Positions 1 through 13,443 of a DNA stretch of 64,000 nucleotides are shown here, piece by piece. Below the pieces are notes generated by a model. It worked only from the letters and a program-made list of their open reading frames with translations, had not been told where the DNA came from and searched no databases. Position 1 is the stretch's first letter; each line of letters starts with the position of its first letter. This stretch comes from Blepharisma stoltei ATCC 30299 (taxonomy: Eukaryota > Protista > Ciliophora), in assembly GCA_965603825.1 (NCBI GenBank), contig CBFDEM010000004.1, forward strand, positions 310,001-374,000. Reading direction: 5' to 3'. A program made the position numbers and the translations under genes.

Positions 1-2570
1 TAATAGGATCTGTCTCGGTTTTTATGGGAGCATGCTTATTTTTATATCACAAAGTTTTCACAGATGTAAAGCCAAAGCCCAAGTTCAGATTTTTTAGCTT
101 TTTATCTATGATGATTCCTTCTTCTGTGATAGGTTTATTCTATGCAGTAATACCGCTAGTTCTTGCTCTTTCTTTGATTTCAATATTGCAGATGGGAATC
201 TTCTTCAGCTTCAAAATAGGGATCACAGGAAATGATTATAAAGGCGAATTTGGGCTGTTTGACACAATTCAGCCAAGCTTTTATTTCAATAATAAACAAG
301 ATGTATACACAACCAGGCAAGCAAGGTGCGGAGTTACTTTTATTATATGTGGGGTTTATTTGTTAACAAAATGTGCGCAGCTCTATATTCCTGATGAAAA
401 TAAAGATAACGATGATATACCTGAAGATTTATGGGGAAATTTTTGGGATTTTATAAAATGAAAACGGTTTCATTATATCTTCTGGGCGTTCGTCGAAGTC
501 ACAATTTGTGTTGTTTTATTTCAGTTTTCAACATCAGCTACTTTTTCAAACAATATTTGGACAGTTATTGCTCTAATTATCTTGTTCGGAAAAATCTTTG
601 AAGAAGCAGGGGCTAAAATTTTCAAAGATAATTTAACAGCAGGTCCATTTGCACAATCCTTAGGTATTATGGGACAAATTATTACTTTCGGAGCTGAGAA
701 CTTTGTCGCATTTCTTCAAGCATACTTTGTTGATTGCATCTGCAACATCTTTACAAGGGTTTATTTTGACTTTGTTTTCGAATTTGTACAAGATCACATT
801 GAAGATGCCCAGAAAAAAGTAAAGTACGTTGTAAGCAACGTTTCTGATCTTAAATCGTTAGGAACTTCTCAGAAATCAGCGTCTTCGAAAGAGAAGACAG
901 ATATTCAGCATGGCTCAGAAATTAAAGAAGAAGCTGAAGAATATGACGAAGAACTAGAGCAGCAAGTATTTGAAGAATATGAGCCTTCTTCTCTTACTGG
1001 CTCACTCGGCACCTCTTACTACACTTATGAAAATATCATGCCTACTCCAAAGGAAGTTTCTGAACTCCCTATTGAGCTTCCTCCAGAGCAGGAAGTTGAG
1101 CCGATTCTTGAGGCTTACCAAAACTACGCCAATGACTCTTTCATCAACCTCTACAATATGGTCTTTATTACCATAATCTGAAACTTCTACGACGCAACTC
1201 AAATTGCTGCTAACTATGGAATCTCCACTTCTTCTTTTCCACTGTACTTTTATTTTGCGCTTATGATTCTCCCTTTCCAAATCATCATTGACGTGCTCAT
1301 GCACAATGCCAATGAGTGTTTCAATGGATGGGCAATTCATGACTTTCTCGACTATATGAACACTCGATTCAAGAACAGAAAACAAGTTTGAGCGCTATTA
1401 GACCCTCAAAATGACAGCGCAATTGAAAAGGAAAACCAAAGGCTTTATAGGCTATGCTTTAGTTCTCAATTCTTCTTCATGTGTGCATTGTTTGACACAG
1501 GCATGATTCTGTCAGCAATTGGGATTAATACAATCCTGATTTATAATAGTTATAATCCATTTGACGATAAAGCATTGATTCTTATTATTTTATTTGCTTG
1601 GTCGATTTGCTATTTTACAGAATGAATATGCATGAAATTAGGGAAATATTTTAGAGTGTGGCATATACAAAATGATGAAAATGAAAATGGCAATGATGAA
1701 AAGGATAACAAAGCAGAAGAAACTGCTGAAGGCGGTATGGAAAATTTGATGGATATGTTTCAGCAGTTGCATCCAAAAGAAAATAGGAATAAAATAGTTC
1801 CTGAGTAAGATTTATTTAGAATTCAAAACTGAAACCAAGTTGACATTGTAAAAGCTGATGATGAGCTGATAAGGAGAGAACTGAACAGTGAAAAAGTTAC
1901 AGATGAAGAAGTAAGAGAAAAATTCTTGAAATACAATCATCTTTGGCTTCAGGATAATTTAGAAGGATTCCTCTCTGAAGATGACCTAATATATCACAGA
2001 GGTTTACTTCTTACTACGTTTTCCAAAATGTTTGGGCCTTTGCCCATCGCTGAGAAGCCGAAAGAGTTCCTTGAGCTTCAAGATCTTCCAAAAGTAGAAA
2101 TTCCTTATGCACTGCCTTTAATTACAAAAAATTGGCTTTTTAGGGCAAGAAGAAACAGAGAGCTGATGGCCCAAGCAGCCCCTATTATAGAAAGCAAGAG
2201 AGAAGAGCGGTGCTTATACTGTGGTGCAAGATTTGGGATCCAGTCAGAAATGCTGGAAAGTGTAGAAGATTTGTATCTAAGATTTATAGCCCAAGAAAGT
2301 GGCGCTGAAAATACACAAGCGAACACCTGAAATGTGAGAAATTGGCAAGGATATGTGAATTTAAATGGACATTTCAGAACTATTTGCTTGAACTGCATCA
2401 AGCTTTGCGAGCAGTTTAACATACAATCATCGAATACAAAAAAGAAAATACCAGGAAGGAACGTTAATTTTAGAAATATTCCTGATAGGAAAAACAGAAT
2501 CAAGAAAGCAACTAGAAAAATTGCGGAGATATGGGCAGCTATGGCAAGGAAGCGGCTTAACGAGCCTTAA
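1..2570 (+). CDS. Multi-pass membrane protein of unknown function, 5' partial; one 15-nt intron (1805-1819)
   Basis: Track ORFs 24-461, 582-1181, 1926-2330 and 2334-2570 share one frame and are joined through TGA=Trp. The single in-frame TAA lies in the intron gtaagatttatttag. Several hydrophobic segments and a C-terminal CxxC..CxxC; ends TAA 2570. Confidence 0.75.
1805..1819 (+). other. 15-nt spliceosomal intron
   Basis: gtaagatttatttag; removes an in-frame TAA. Confidence 0.85.
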
Positions 2571-2585
2571 TGAAACATAAAATAA

Positions 2586-3344
<759 letters not shown>

Positions 3345-3371
3345 TTTATTAAATATGGATCATTTACCTAA

Positions 3372-4310
3372 TTAAACTGCTAATCTAATTGATTGTAAGA
3401 GATCGACACCCCCTTTCTCCTTCATGATCTCAGACAGCGCTCTGCCTAATTCCCTTGCTTGAGAAAGTGGGCCTTTAATTTCTAATTAAAAGTTACCTTC
3501 TCTTATTGTGAAATTCTCAATTGGATGCCAGACTTGTCCTATAAGTCTTAGCTCATCACCAATAATTTCTGTAAAAACTCCAATTGGAAGTTTGCACCCT
3601 CCTTCCAAGTCTTTCATGAACTCTCTTTCAGCGTCAACTCTTAGTCTTGTTTCTCTATCCTCGATTCTTTTTAAATAGTCTATTAATTCTTCATCATCTG
3701 ACCTACACTCAATTCCAAGTGCTGCTTGTGCTGGTGCGTGCAAAAATACATCTTCTGGAAGCCTAAAAATATTTAAATCGTCCCAACCAAGCCTCTGCAG
3801 ACCTGCTTCAGCCAAAATAATACAGTCGTAATCCCCTTTGTTTAATTTTGCTATTCTTGTATTGAGATTTCCTCTAATATCAGAATATGTGAAGTTTTTG
3901 TGCCTGTACTGATGCCTTAAGGCTGCAATTCTTCTTAATGAAGAAGTCCCAACTATGCTGCCTTCTGGCAGGTCTTCTAATGATGTAAAGCCAGGCTTTA
4001 GTATCGCGACATCTCCTCGAGGCGTTGTAAATCTAGGAACTGCAGCAAGATATAGTTCAGGCGGCTGCTGAGTCGGCATATCTTTTAAGCTATGAACGGC
4101 TAAATCAGCTCTCCTACTCACAATTTCTACTTCTAGTTGTTTCACAAACACTCCAACACCAGGCATGGTATATAGAGGCTGCCACAATTCTACATCTCCT
4201 TCTGAAGTTATTCCTACTATTTCACCGCCAATTAGAGATTGTATATAGCGTGTCTGCACTAAGGCTAGTTGACTTTGCCGAGAAGCAATTCTTAGGGTGC
4301 GTTGTTCCAT
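3372..4310 (-). CDS. hemC: Porphobilinogen deaminase (hydroxymethylbilane synthase); intron 3482-3496
   Basis: IASRQSQLAL, AVHSLKDMP, GTSSLRR, IRGNLNTR, AEREFMKDLEGGC. Removing the 15-nt intron restores the C-terminal helix (ARELGRALSE) to TAA 3372. Confidence 0.95.
3482..3496 (-). other. 15-nt intron (hemC)
   Basis: gtaacttttaattag; removes an in-frame TAA. Confidence 0.9.
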
Positions 4311-4322
4311 TTTCTTAAAGTT

Positions 4323-4634
4323 TTAATTACTTTCTAACTGCTGAACTACGATCAATAAATAATCAAAGTCTGGAGCAATCATGATTTCGTTTTTCTTTGT
4401 TCGGACCCTCAAAAAGATCATGTCATTTTCTGCATCGAGTTCACGGATGAGTGACCGAGCGCGCAAGGATAACCCAGACACCAAGTTAGAGTACTTCTCA
4501 GTTTCTTGAGCCGTCATAGTGCTTTTCACAGACTTGCCTTCGTAGTTGCAAATAATAATTCCTCTTACTTCAGAGTAATGGCTTTTTATACGCTCAATTG
4601 CTTCGTCTACCTGGCTCTAAATAGTTATTACCAT
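4323..4634 (-). CDS. DYNLRB: Dynein light chain, roadblock/LC7 type; intron 4617-4631 directly after ATG
   Basis: Spliced product MSQVDEAIERIKSH..GIIICNYEG..FLRVRTKKNEIMIAPD matches the roadblock family. Confidence 0.92.
4617..4631 (-). other. 15-nt intron (roadblock)
   Basis: gtaataactatttag immediately after ATG. Confidence 0.9.
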
Positions 4635-4731
4635 TTTATAATTAATTTTCTAATAGAAATTTATTCAGATTCAGCTAAGAATGCTCATAGCAATTACTTA
4701 GAGAATTCAAAATTATTGAAAATACTTCAAA

Positions 4732-6150
4732 ATGGAGCCTTTGTCTGACCCATTAGGAAACAGGGTTGTTAAGACTTTAATTCCTCCGCCTCATCGAGAA
4801 CTCTCTAATGACTTGTTATATCCTAAAGCATGTAATAAATAATCAGCTCATATCCCAAGTGTTGATGCAATAAAACTTCATCTCACCAAAGAAGGGAGAG
4901 TTAGCAAAGCGCATGTTATTAAGATTATTGATAGCGCAAAGGATCTGTTTCAAGGAGAGCCGAACTTATTGCGAATAGAAGACCCTGTCCTCATTATTGG
5001 AGATGTTCATGGGCAGTTTTATGACTTACTCAAAATATTGGAAATGGGAGGAAGTCCAACGAAGAACAAGTTCTTGTTCTTGGGCGATTACGTTGATAGA
5101 GGGCATTTCTCTATTGAAGTGGTGATCCTTTTATATTGTCTCAAGCTCAATTTTCCAGATAGAGTATTTTTGATTCGAGGCAATCACGAGTGCATGGCCA
5201 TGACTTCTTATTTCTCATTCCGGGCAGAGTGTATGGCTAAATACGACTTAGAAGTATATGAGAGATTTCTTGAAAGTTTCGACTGCTTACCTTTAGCTGC
5301 GCTTGTAAACGATAGCTTCATTGCTTGCCATGGGGGTCTTTCTCCTGAAATTGAACTGATAGATGATATTGATTTAATTTTCAGGTTCAGCGAGCCACCT
5401 AAAACCGGAGCCTTTACAGATCTATTGTGGGCTGACCCAGTTGACAATCCTGAAGGAAAATTAAGTGATAGCTTTTCATACAACACTGTAAGAGGATGCA
5501 GCTATTATTATGGAGTCAAATCAACAAATGCGTTCCTGCAAAGAAATGACTTGATTTCAGTCATAAGGGCTCATGAAGTACAACTAGAAGGCTATAAAAT
5601 GCATAAGTGGAATGGAGAAGATGATTTCCCAGCAGTTATCACTATTTTTTCAGCCCCTAACTATTGTGACACTCATAACAATAAAGGAGCCATTGTAAGG
5701 TTGTGTAATAGCATTTTGAACATACAGCAGTTCAACTATTCAGCCCATCCTTACTATTTGCCTGATTTTATGGATGTTTTCACGTGGAGCACTCCGTTTG
5801 TAATTGAAAAAGTAATGATGATGTTATTTCATTTGTTGAAACCTGACGATAAAGTACTGCTTAGGTCAGATAGCTTGGCAAATAGAAGAATAAAAGGTCT
5901 GAAGAACAAATTTCAAGAAATTAAAAAAGTAATTATGCAAAATAAGGTGAAGGCGGTATCAAGGATGATGAAAATGTATAAAACTCTTAGGGAAGAATTC
6001 GAAATCATTCTCATGCTCAAAGATATGTGCCCTGATAACAAAATTCCAAGAGGACTTTTATTGGAAGGAAGAACTGCATTGATGAGAGCAGTTGATATGT
6101 TTAGACAAGCAAGAGTACTGGATCTTCCTAATGAAAGAAGACCTGAATAG
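4732..6150 (+). CDS. Calcineurin A (PP2B catalytic subunit); intron 4832-4846
   Basis: GDVHGQ, GDYVDRG, RGNHE, SAPNYC; CnB-binding FMDVFTWS; CaM-binding KVKAVSRMMKMY; autoinhibitory DLPNERRP. N-terminus MEPLSDPLGNRVVK joins via a 15-nt intron; ends TAG. Confidence 0.95.
4832..4846 (+). other. 15-nt intron (calcineurin A)
   Basis: gtaataaataatcag; removes an in-frame TAA. Confidence 0.9.
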
Positions 6151-6349
6151 AAGATAAGTTAAATTTAATACTTTATATAGCCAGCCTGCTATTAATGTAT
6201 CCATCCTATTTTTTGATTTAAAATATATATATTACCTTTAAAGAGAACCTAGAATATCTTTAAGATATAAATTCGGATAATTTCCTTGCAGATATTTTAG
6301 TATTTTATTTAGAATGTTAAAGAGTGTCCTTTTATAAATTTAGGTAATT

Positions 6350-6955
6350 TTATTTCTTTTGTATATTAAGTGACTCTAGTAGCCTCCCCGGTTCCTCATC
6401 ATACAGCTCTCTTTCCACTGATCCATGATAAACACCAGTTTCTATATACCAATAATAAGCTAGTAATGCTTGAGGGTATGGAAAAGACGCTACAAGTGCT
6501 TGATATTCTTCAGATAAATCTAAGTTTTCATTTGTGTCAAGTATCAATGCATAAATTCCAATCCCTTGGAGTTCCCCAATCTTCGTTCCTTTCTGCTGCT
6601 CCACAATCAATTTATCAACAGCAAAAAGCCTTGCCAAAACAACCTTAGTCTCATCTTCAATTAAACCAGCAACTTTTACCTCCCCGTCTTGCTTAAACGC
6701 AAGCTTATACCCGTTAATATGCACCATCACTGTCGGTACAAAAGGTGCATAATTCTGCGGCAGTAAATTCCGACCTAATCCGACCCACCATGCTTTATCC
6801 TCTTCCAGATCTGGGATTTGGTTTAAGCATTTTAACACTTCACCCTTTGTAAAAGACAAAGTTTGTTCTTTCATAAGATAATTGAAGCTCGAAAGCGTTG
6901 TCGAGTGAGGAGCCACTGGATCTGAAGTATTAAGAGGGTCTAACGAGTCTACCAT
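6350..6955 (-). CDS. Hypothetical protein, 201 aa
   Basis: Uninterrupted ATG-TAA ORF with AT-rich flanks; no recognised motif. Confidence 0.7.
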   Translation of the reverse strand: MVDSLDPLNTSDPVAPHSTTLSSFNYLMKEQTLSFTKGEVLKCLNQIPDLEEDKAWWVGLGRNLLPQNYAPFVPTVMVHINGYKLAFKQDGEVKVAGLIEDETKVVLARLFAVDKLIVEQQKGTKIGELQGIGIYALILDTNENLDLSEEYQALVASFPYPQALLAYYWYIETGVYHGSVERELYDEEPGRLLESLNIQKK

Positions 6956-6966
6956 AATAAATTATA

Positions 6967-8541
6967 TTACATTATTCCGCAAAAGCCATTTTCACTTGGA
7001 GTCTTTTCAATTGGCCCGTCTTCTTTGCGACTCCTGCTTGAAACGCCGCCTGAAGTCCTTTTCATGGTATCCATTCCTAGCGCGTCTTCTTTCAGTCTCG
7101 AAAGGATTCTATGCCTATGTCCAGGCTTTGAGATGTTTAGGTCTTTTATAAGGATTTCTTCAGTTATTGGCCATCTTGTGTTCATTAATGTAAGATTATG
7201 CTCCATATCATCATATCCGGCATCGATAAAGACTTGGTAATATATTCCTAAGTTTAAGCTGTCAAGTCAGCTTCGTAAACTAGGTGTATTGATCATTCCT
7301 TGAATCGGCTGGGCAGGTGCCACACAGCATTTTCAAAAGCTAGTGGCCTGCTGCTTCATCAGGCGTCTTGTAGATTTGCCTCCTACTCTGGACTCTTCGT
7401 CTAAAGAAGCCAGAAGTCTTCTTATAAGTCCAGGCTTCGTAATCCCTATACTTGCCAATATTTTCTCTGTAATTGGCATCGAAGAATTCATTGCTGAACT
7501 CATTTGGCCTACATCATCATAACCTGCTGATACTAAAATATCAAACAGCTCTTCAATTTTGTAATTGACTGTCCATAGATACAGTTCTGGTCTCCTATCA
7601 GTTCCTCCAAATGATGCTGCCCTGAATTTTTTTTGAGGAGTCAAATTACTTAGATCGCAATCGGATTTTTCAGCATCTGGCTCAAATAAAGTACTAACAC
7701 TTCTTGCATGTGAAGAAATCTTTGCAGGCTCTTTTTCAAGCTTGCTTGACACAATGGAATCAAGTTTCAGCTCTGGGATCAGCTTTCCACCTTTTTCTGA
7801 GTTCCAATCTGTACAAGCAGTGGGTCTCTCAGATGTGTAGGGCATTGTCAAGGACTTTTCAAGGGGAACTTTAGCCATTCATGGCTCAGGGTCGATTAAA
7901 TCAGGTGTAGATACGCCATTCCTAAAATCTTCACCAAAACTGTCTTCTTTATCAGATAGCCCCATCTCGCAGATGAAATGAGAAAAATCAATGCTCTTGG
8001 CTAAGTCCAGGGGCGTTTTGTCACTCATATCTTTGATAGTTGTCGATGCTGAACATTTCATTAAAAGCATTGCTACTTCTTTATGCCCATAGTCAACTGC
8101 ATAATGCAAAGGTGTCCTACCAAAAACATAATTTGATACATTTGGGTCGCCATTAAATTTCAGCAGCAGCTTTACCATTAAAATATCTCCTTTGAAAGCA
8201 GCCAAATGAAGAGGAGTGTCACCATCATTTTGCTGTGAATTTGGGTCTGCTTTGTAGGTTAATAGCATTTTGGCAATTTTATATTGGCCATTGGCAGAAG
8301 CTTGATGAAGAGCTGTTTCCCCAATATTAGTTTTCACATTTGGGTCTGCACCTAAATCTAAAAGTAATTTAGAAGCAGCTTCATGTCCACATATAACTGT
8401 GCGATATAATGGAGCTCAGCCAAGTTTGGTGTCTTTTTGGTTAAGGTATTGAGGAAACTTCTGAAATATATCTTGGAGAACTGAAACATCGCCCAAACGG
8501 CAACCTCGATTGATATCTTCAATATAAGAAGACGATTCCAT
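6967..8541 (-). CDS. Ankyrin-repeat + SAM-domain protein (~524 aa)
   Basis: Ankyrin repeats G(W=TGA)APLYR, GETALHQA, GDTPLHLAA, GRTPLHYA. SAM-like LASIGITKPGLIRRLL and DLNISKPGHRHRIL. Three track ORFs are joined in frame by TGA. Confidence 0.88.
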
Positions 8542-8693
8542 TATTTAAATTATTGTCTTTGCATAGCTTTCGTTGTTTTTTCTAGCAAATTTAGATTTAA
8601 ATAGATATTGCTTTATTTTCAATAATTTTTCGAAGTATAAATCAGATAAAATAAGAACTCAATTTTATTTATGCCATAGTTTAAAACGAATAT

Positions 8694-9981
8694 TTATAAA
8701 ATTATTATCGGTGTACTACTCTTTCGCTTAGTTTCGTAAGAACTACTTACAGAGGATGCATTTCTACGATGAATTGGGAAAATTGCTGGTGTCTCTGGCC
8801 TTGAAAGAGTCAAAAGTTTTCCAATGATTTTTCCATCGTCGTAAGAAGTAGACACATCGCAAGATTGAGCTTTCTTATGTAATTGGACTGTAGCAGGTCT
8901 TGGAGGCTGCTTAGGCTTGCAAAAGAGTTTCGGAGGCTTCGATGATATTTTTCCATTTTCCTTTAAATCTTCTTCTATAATTAATTTTTCATTTTCTTCC
9001 ATATATTCTTTAAGCTTTTCATGGACTTTAGCTCTCAGCCTTGGATTCTGTAAAATGGTCTTGGCATTTTTAAGTTCTTCTTTAAGTGCAATAACTTCAT
9101 TCTTTTGCCTATTTTCTAAAATATCCCTTGCTTCTAGCTCTTTAGCCACATTTGTTTTGTAGCTTTCAAGCCTACTTACTCTTTACTCTGTAGTGATTTT
9201 TTCTTTTTCAAGAAGAAGCTCTTTTTCTCTCTCTTCAAATTGAATTTTTAATTTTTCAATTTCTTTTTCACACGATTCCTTTAAATTTTCTTTTTCGTTT
9301 TCAATTTCTTTCATTTTCTTAATTGTGTTATCTACGTCTTTTTGATAAATGTCACATACATCTTTGAGGATGGAAATTTGACTGTTCAGCTTTTTTATTT
9401 CTTCTATGAATTGCTGGATTCGAAAATTTTCCTCTTCATTCGCTATATTATTTTTATTAATTTCGGTTGTGTCGGTTTCTAGTCTATTTGATGTAATAAA
9501 AAATTGTAACTCAGAGAGCATCATCCATAAGGTCTTTATAGTTTTTTCTTTGACAAATAGAGTCATCTTTAACTCTTTGACTTCAAGAGATGAGAAATCA
9601 TTCTCATAATTTGGCTTAGGGACAGGCCTTTTATAGGAAGTTAAAAAGTCGCTTTTTGGCTGCTTAGGAGGCTTGATTTGATTTGGAGGGGCTTCATCCT
9701 TGGGAATTTCTTCTTTTCTTTCAATTTTTATAGGTTCTTGCTTTGAAATCGGAGTGGTTTCTGATTTTTTTAATATAGGAGTCACTTCTTTTTTACTTGG
9801 AGAGATTGGCTCCTCTTTTTTTGGGAATTGTAACACTTCAGAAAAACGTGTTGATCTTCTGCTTAATAATTTTTTATAAGTTAGCTGAGGTTTCTAAAAT
9901 AGATATTACATCATCTAGCTCATCCCAAAATTCATTATCTGAGTCAGAAGATTGAGATAAAGACCTGGATTCTGCTTCCAT
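8694..9981 (-). CDS. Coiled-coil protein of unknown function; introns 9894-9909 (16 nt) and 9172-9186
   Basis: ATG 9981 (MEAESRS..). Both introns restore the frame into track ORFs 9183-9836 and 8694-9149; E/K-rich heptads. Confidence 0.75.
9172..9186 (-). other. 15-nt intron
   Basis: gtaaagagtaagtag; removes an in-frame TAA. Confidence 0.75.
9894..9909 (-). other. 16-nt intron
   Basis: gtaatatctattttag; restores the frame from ATG 9981. Confidence 0.75.
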
Positions 9982-10295
9982 TTACAGCTTGGTAAAATAT
10001 AAATATTTTAATTCAAAATTTTTTTAAACGAAAGTTTTATAAATTCTTCATAAAAATGCTATTTGATTGAAATTGTTAATTAGAATTTAATCTGACTGAA
10101 AATCTCATTAAATAGCTCAACTTTTACTATTTACTCAATCTATTAATAAATTATAATAAAAGGAAAGTGCATTAAATTTATTAAATATTTTCTTTTTAAA
10201 GAATTTTCTCTATAATCTAATATTAAAATAATTCAGATAATATTAATTTCATAAATTTAATAATTTGTCTATTAAGTTGAATTTATGTTTTTCCT

Positions 10296-10721
10296 TTAGA
10301 CGGCTTGGGCCGGAGCTTCAACTTTATTTCTGCATGCACAAAACAGTATCCAATACATAACACCAACGGCCATTAGCACTGCTGCCATGATATATTGAAA
10401 GACAGATTCTTGTCTCAAACAAAGTGTCCCAACGCTAAATATTTCTTACAAGAAATAAAACATTCCTCTTCCCAAAAACTCTCTCAAAAAATAAAACTTA
10501 AGGACTATAAACTTGAAATTAATTTCACACCCAATAATCAATAATCCAAATAAGCTATATGATTTTTACATATAATAAACTGGAATCACCACATTAATCG
10601 GATCCTTAATATCAAAAGCCAAAAAATTATAAACTCCCAGTATAATCAGAGCCAGCCCTAAGAGTAGTCCCAGCATTTTAAGACTAGTTGCCCACTTGCT
10701 CCCTGTATTTCCTTTGTCCAT
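10296..10721 (-). CDS. COPI-associated / TVP15-family Golgi membrane protein (~131 aa); introns 10555-10569 and 10435-10449; absent from ORF track
   Basis: Spliced MDKGNTGSKWATSLKMLGLLLGLALIILGVYN..YYILFGLLIIGCE..FYFLREFLGRGMFYFFVGTLCL..: four TM segments with the family FL...GRG.FY.F.G motif. Confidence 0.85.
10435..10449 (-). other. 15-nt intron (TVP15-like)
   Basis: gtaagaaatatttag. Confidence 0.88.
10555..10569 (-). other. 15-nt intron (TVP15-like)
   Basis: gtaaaaatcatatag. Confidence 0.88.
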
Positions 10722-10817
10722 ATTTTACTCCAAATAAATTCTTACGATATTAATAACTTCATAATGACAACCCATTCTTATCAATTTCAACTCCATTTAT
10801 TTGAACTCTAATAATAA

Positions 10818-12614
10818 ATGCCACCTAGAGGCAAAAAAATCGACCCAGCAGTCCAAGCTCAGCAATTTGAGGATTGGCAAAAAACTGAAGAAGTCGCGAA
10901 CTGAAATGTTCTGTGTCAAATTAAACTAACTTTTGCAAAACTAATAAGTACAACAAGCCCTGATATAACTGACGATAAATTTGCTTTTCTCGAAGGCTTG
11001 CACAAGCAAGTTGATTTGATGAAGGTTCCTCATAAGTCACACTCATATGAGCAGCTCCACTTGAGAACTGCTTTTTTCCCACAAGTAGGGCTGGATTATA
11101 TATTGAAAGTTGATGGCTTGGAATTCAACCTGGAACTTAACAAAGAGTGCGTAGATAAAGCAAGAGAGTGCAGAATAGCATTCGTTGCGGTCGTTGACTC
11201 GCTGGATACAATAAAAACAGCTGAGGCAACGACTTATGTGCAGACAAGGAAAGATTTCATAAAGAAGCTTACAGTTTTTGAAAAAGCTTATATGGTTCAT
11301 CTGAAGATAGGGCACAACTATTTGTATGATTCAGTGCTTGCTGTGATCTTGAGTCCTATGATTAATGCTATTGATGCAAATATGAATCTTTATTATTTAG
11401 AAAATAGAGCCCACGAAAAGAGAAAATGGTTCAAGAAGTCAGCACCTGCTTTTCGGCTCAAGGCTTGTAAAATAAAATTTGCTGAAGCTATGACAGAGCT
11501 TATTAAGAGATTAAAAGAGCATGGACCACTTGAAAAAATTCCTAATATTCTGAAGTCGCTCAGTAAGCTTGAAATCAACACAGCTTCTCACGAGGTTCTT
11601 AAATATTTTGTGAGCCCTGTCAAAGCTGCTTGGAGAAAGCTTAGGTCAGAAATGAAAATTCTTTATAAAGCAGGAGTGAATCATTATCGCCAGCCCATTA
11701 AAAAAAATAAAGACCTTGTCAGAGCCTTGAAAAATATGATAGACGCAGAAAGCATCGCAGAAGATTTGCTAGGCGACGCTCTAAAAATGGATCAGCTTGA
11801 ATTTATTTATGATGTAATCATGCATGTGAGAAGATCTTCAATGGAGCAAGCCCTTTTTGAAGGTGACAGTGGAGTAATAAAAGACATCATTCCTCAGCTC
11901 GCCACGTTCAAAGCTCTTCAACAAATGTACCAAGTCAGAGAAGATATCGAAAAGAAACAAAAAGAAAAGAGAGAAGTCGGCCTTGAACTTGAAGCAGTAA
12001 AACAAGATAAAGATAACAGCTTCTTTGTATGGAGTCAAGACAAAGAAGTCAGATATGAAGGTATCAAGAGGCTGTGGGTCTGGGATGGCTATATTAATGA
12101 AGAAGACAAACCCATGTGGGATCATGCATCAGATCTGGTTTCTCAGTTAAACTTAATGGTTCAAGAAGACATCATGGACTATATAATCTCAAGCAGAGCT
12201 CCTAAAAAGCCAGGCCAAGGCCAGCGACCTACGGAGTCGAGACCTCCATTCGTATGAAATACACAACTCATGAACAACAGATACGTTGATATTGAGCCTC
12301 CTTTATATCAGGAAGAAGAAGCTAAGCAAGAAGTGCAGACAGGTGTCAAGAAAATAAGAGAATACACGAAACCAATGGACTGCTATCGTGACGGAAGAGT
12401 CGAAGAAATCCTCGAAATCATTGAAAAATTGGCATTTGGCTTAAAGGTTACCCAAGGAGCAATATGGGATCAACTTTTAGAAAAAGTCATAACCGCTATG
12501 AAAAATGAGACACCCACAAGTGGTGATGAAGATATTTCTTTCGAAAAGGATCCAGAAGAAGGAGAAGAGGGCAGAGAAGAAGAAATGAAAGAAGAAATAA
12601 GATATGAAGATTAA
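10818..12614 (+). CDS. Hypothetical helical protein (~598 aa) with acidic tail
   Basis: ATG 10818 (MPPRGKK), two TGA=Trp, in frame through ORFs 10998-12257 and 12270-12614. Confidence 0.8.
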
Positions 12615-12648
12615 CTAAAACAATATTTAATAAGGGGGCTAATAAATA

Positions 12649-13431
12649 ATGTTTGAAGCTCTTATTTCTAAAGCTGCAGACCTCAAGCGAATTATAGAAG
12701 CCCTAAAAGAAATGATAAACGAAGGAAACGTAAAAATTGACAGTGAAGGAATCTCTCTTCAAGCCATGGATGCATCACATGTAGCGTTAATCGTCTTAAA
12801 TATGGAAGCAACTAATTTCGAAGAATTTCGCTGCGACCATCGAAAAACGCTTGGAATTCCGATTCAAAACTTATGAAAAATGATGAGAATTGCAGGAGCT
12901 GACGACTCAATAAGGCTGATTGCAGACGATACATGCACAAAGTTAAAAATAGTATCAGAAAATTCAGCAGGAAAAGTCGGGGATTTTGACTTGAATTTGA
13001 TTATACTGCCTGAAGAGCAATTAGAAATGCAGGATATAGACCATATATGTGAAATAACTATGGAATCTTCAGAGTTCGCAAGAATTTGTAGAGAACTTGC
13101 TGTGATTTCTGATGAATTAGCAATTATAGCTACGAAAGAAAGAATTGTATTTGAAGTGAACGGAGATGCAGGAAAAGGCCAAATTTGTTGCAATAACGGC
13201 AACTGTATTTCTAAAGAGCAAGTATTAATTGATTGCAAAGGATCAGTGCAAGGGAGTTATGCGCTAAGATATATAAACCAATTCAACAAAGCTGCTTTAC
13301 TAGGCGATCGAGTGTTTATTAAAATGGCCCCAGATCTTCCTATATCATTCACATTCCCCTTTTCCCTTGGTTCGATCACCTATTTTTTGGCACCTAAGCT
13401 CCCAGAAGATGTTTCTAATATAGTAAGTTAA
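12649..13431 (+). CDS. PCNA: Proliferating cell nuclear antigen
   Basis: MFEA..LQAMDASHVAL, YALRYINQFNKA, YFLAPKL; one internal TGA at 12874-12876; 260 aa. Confidence 0.95.
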
Positions 13432-13443
13432 TAATTTTCTAAA

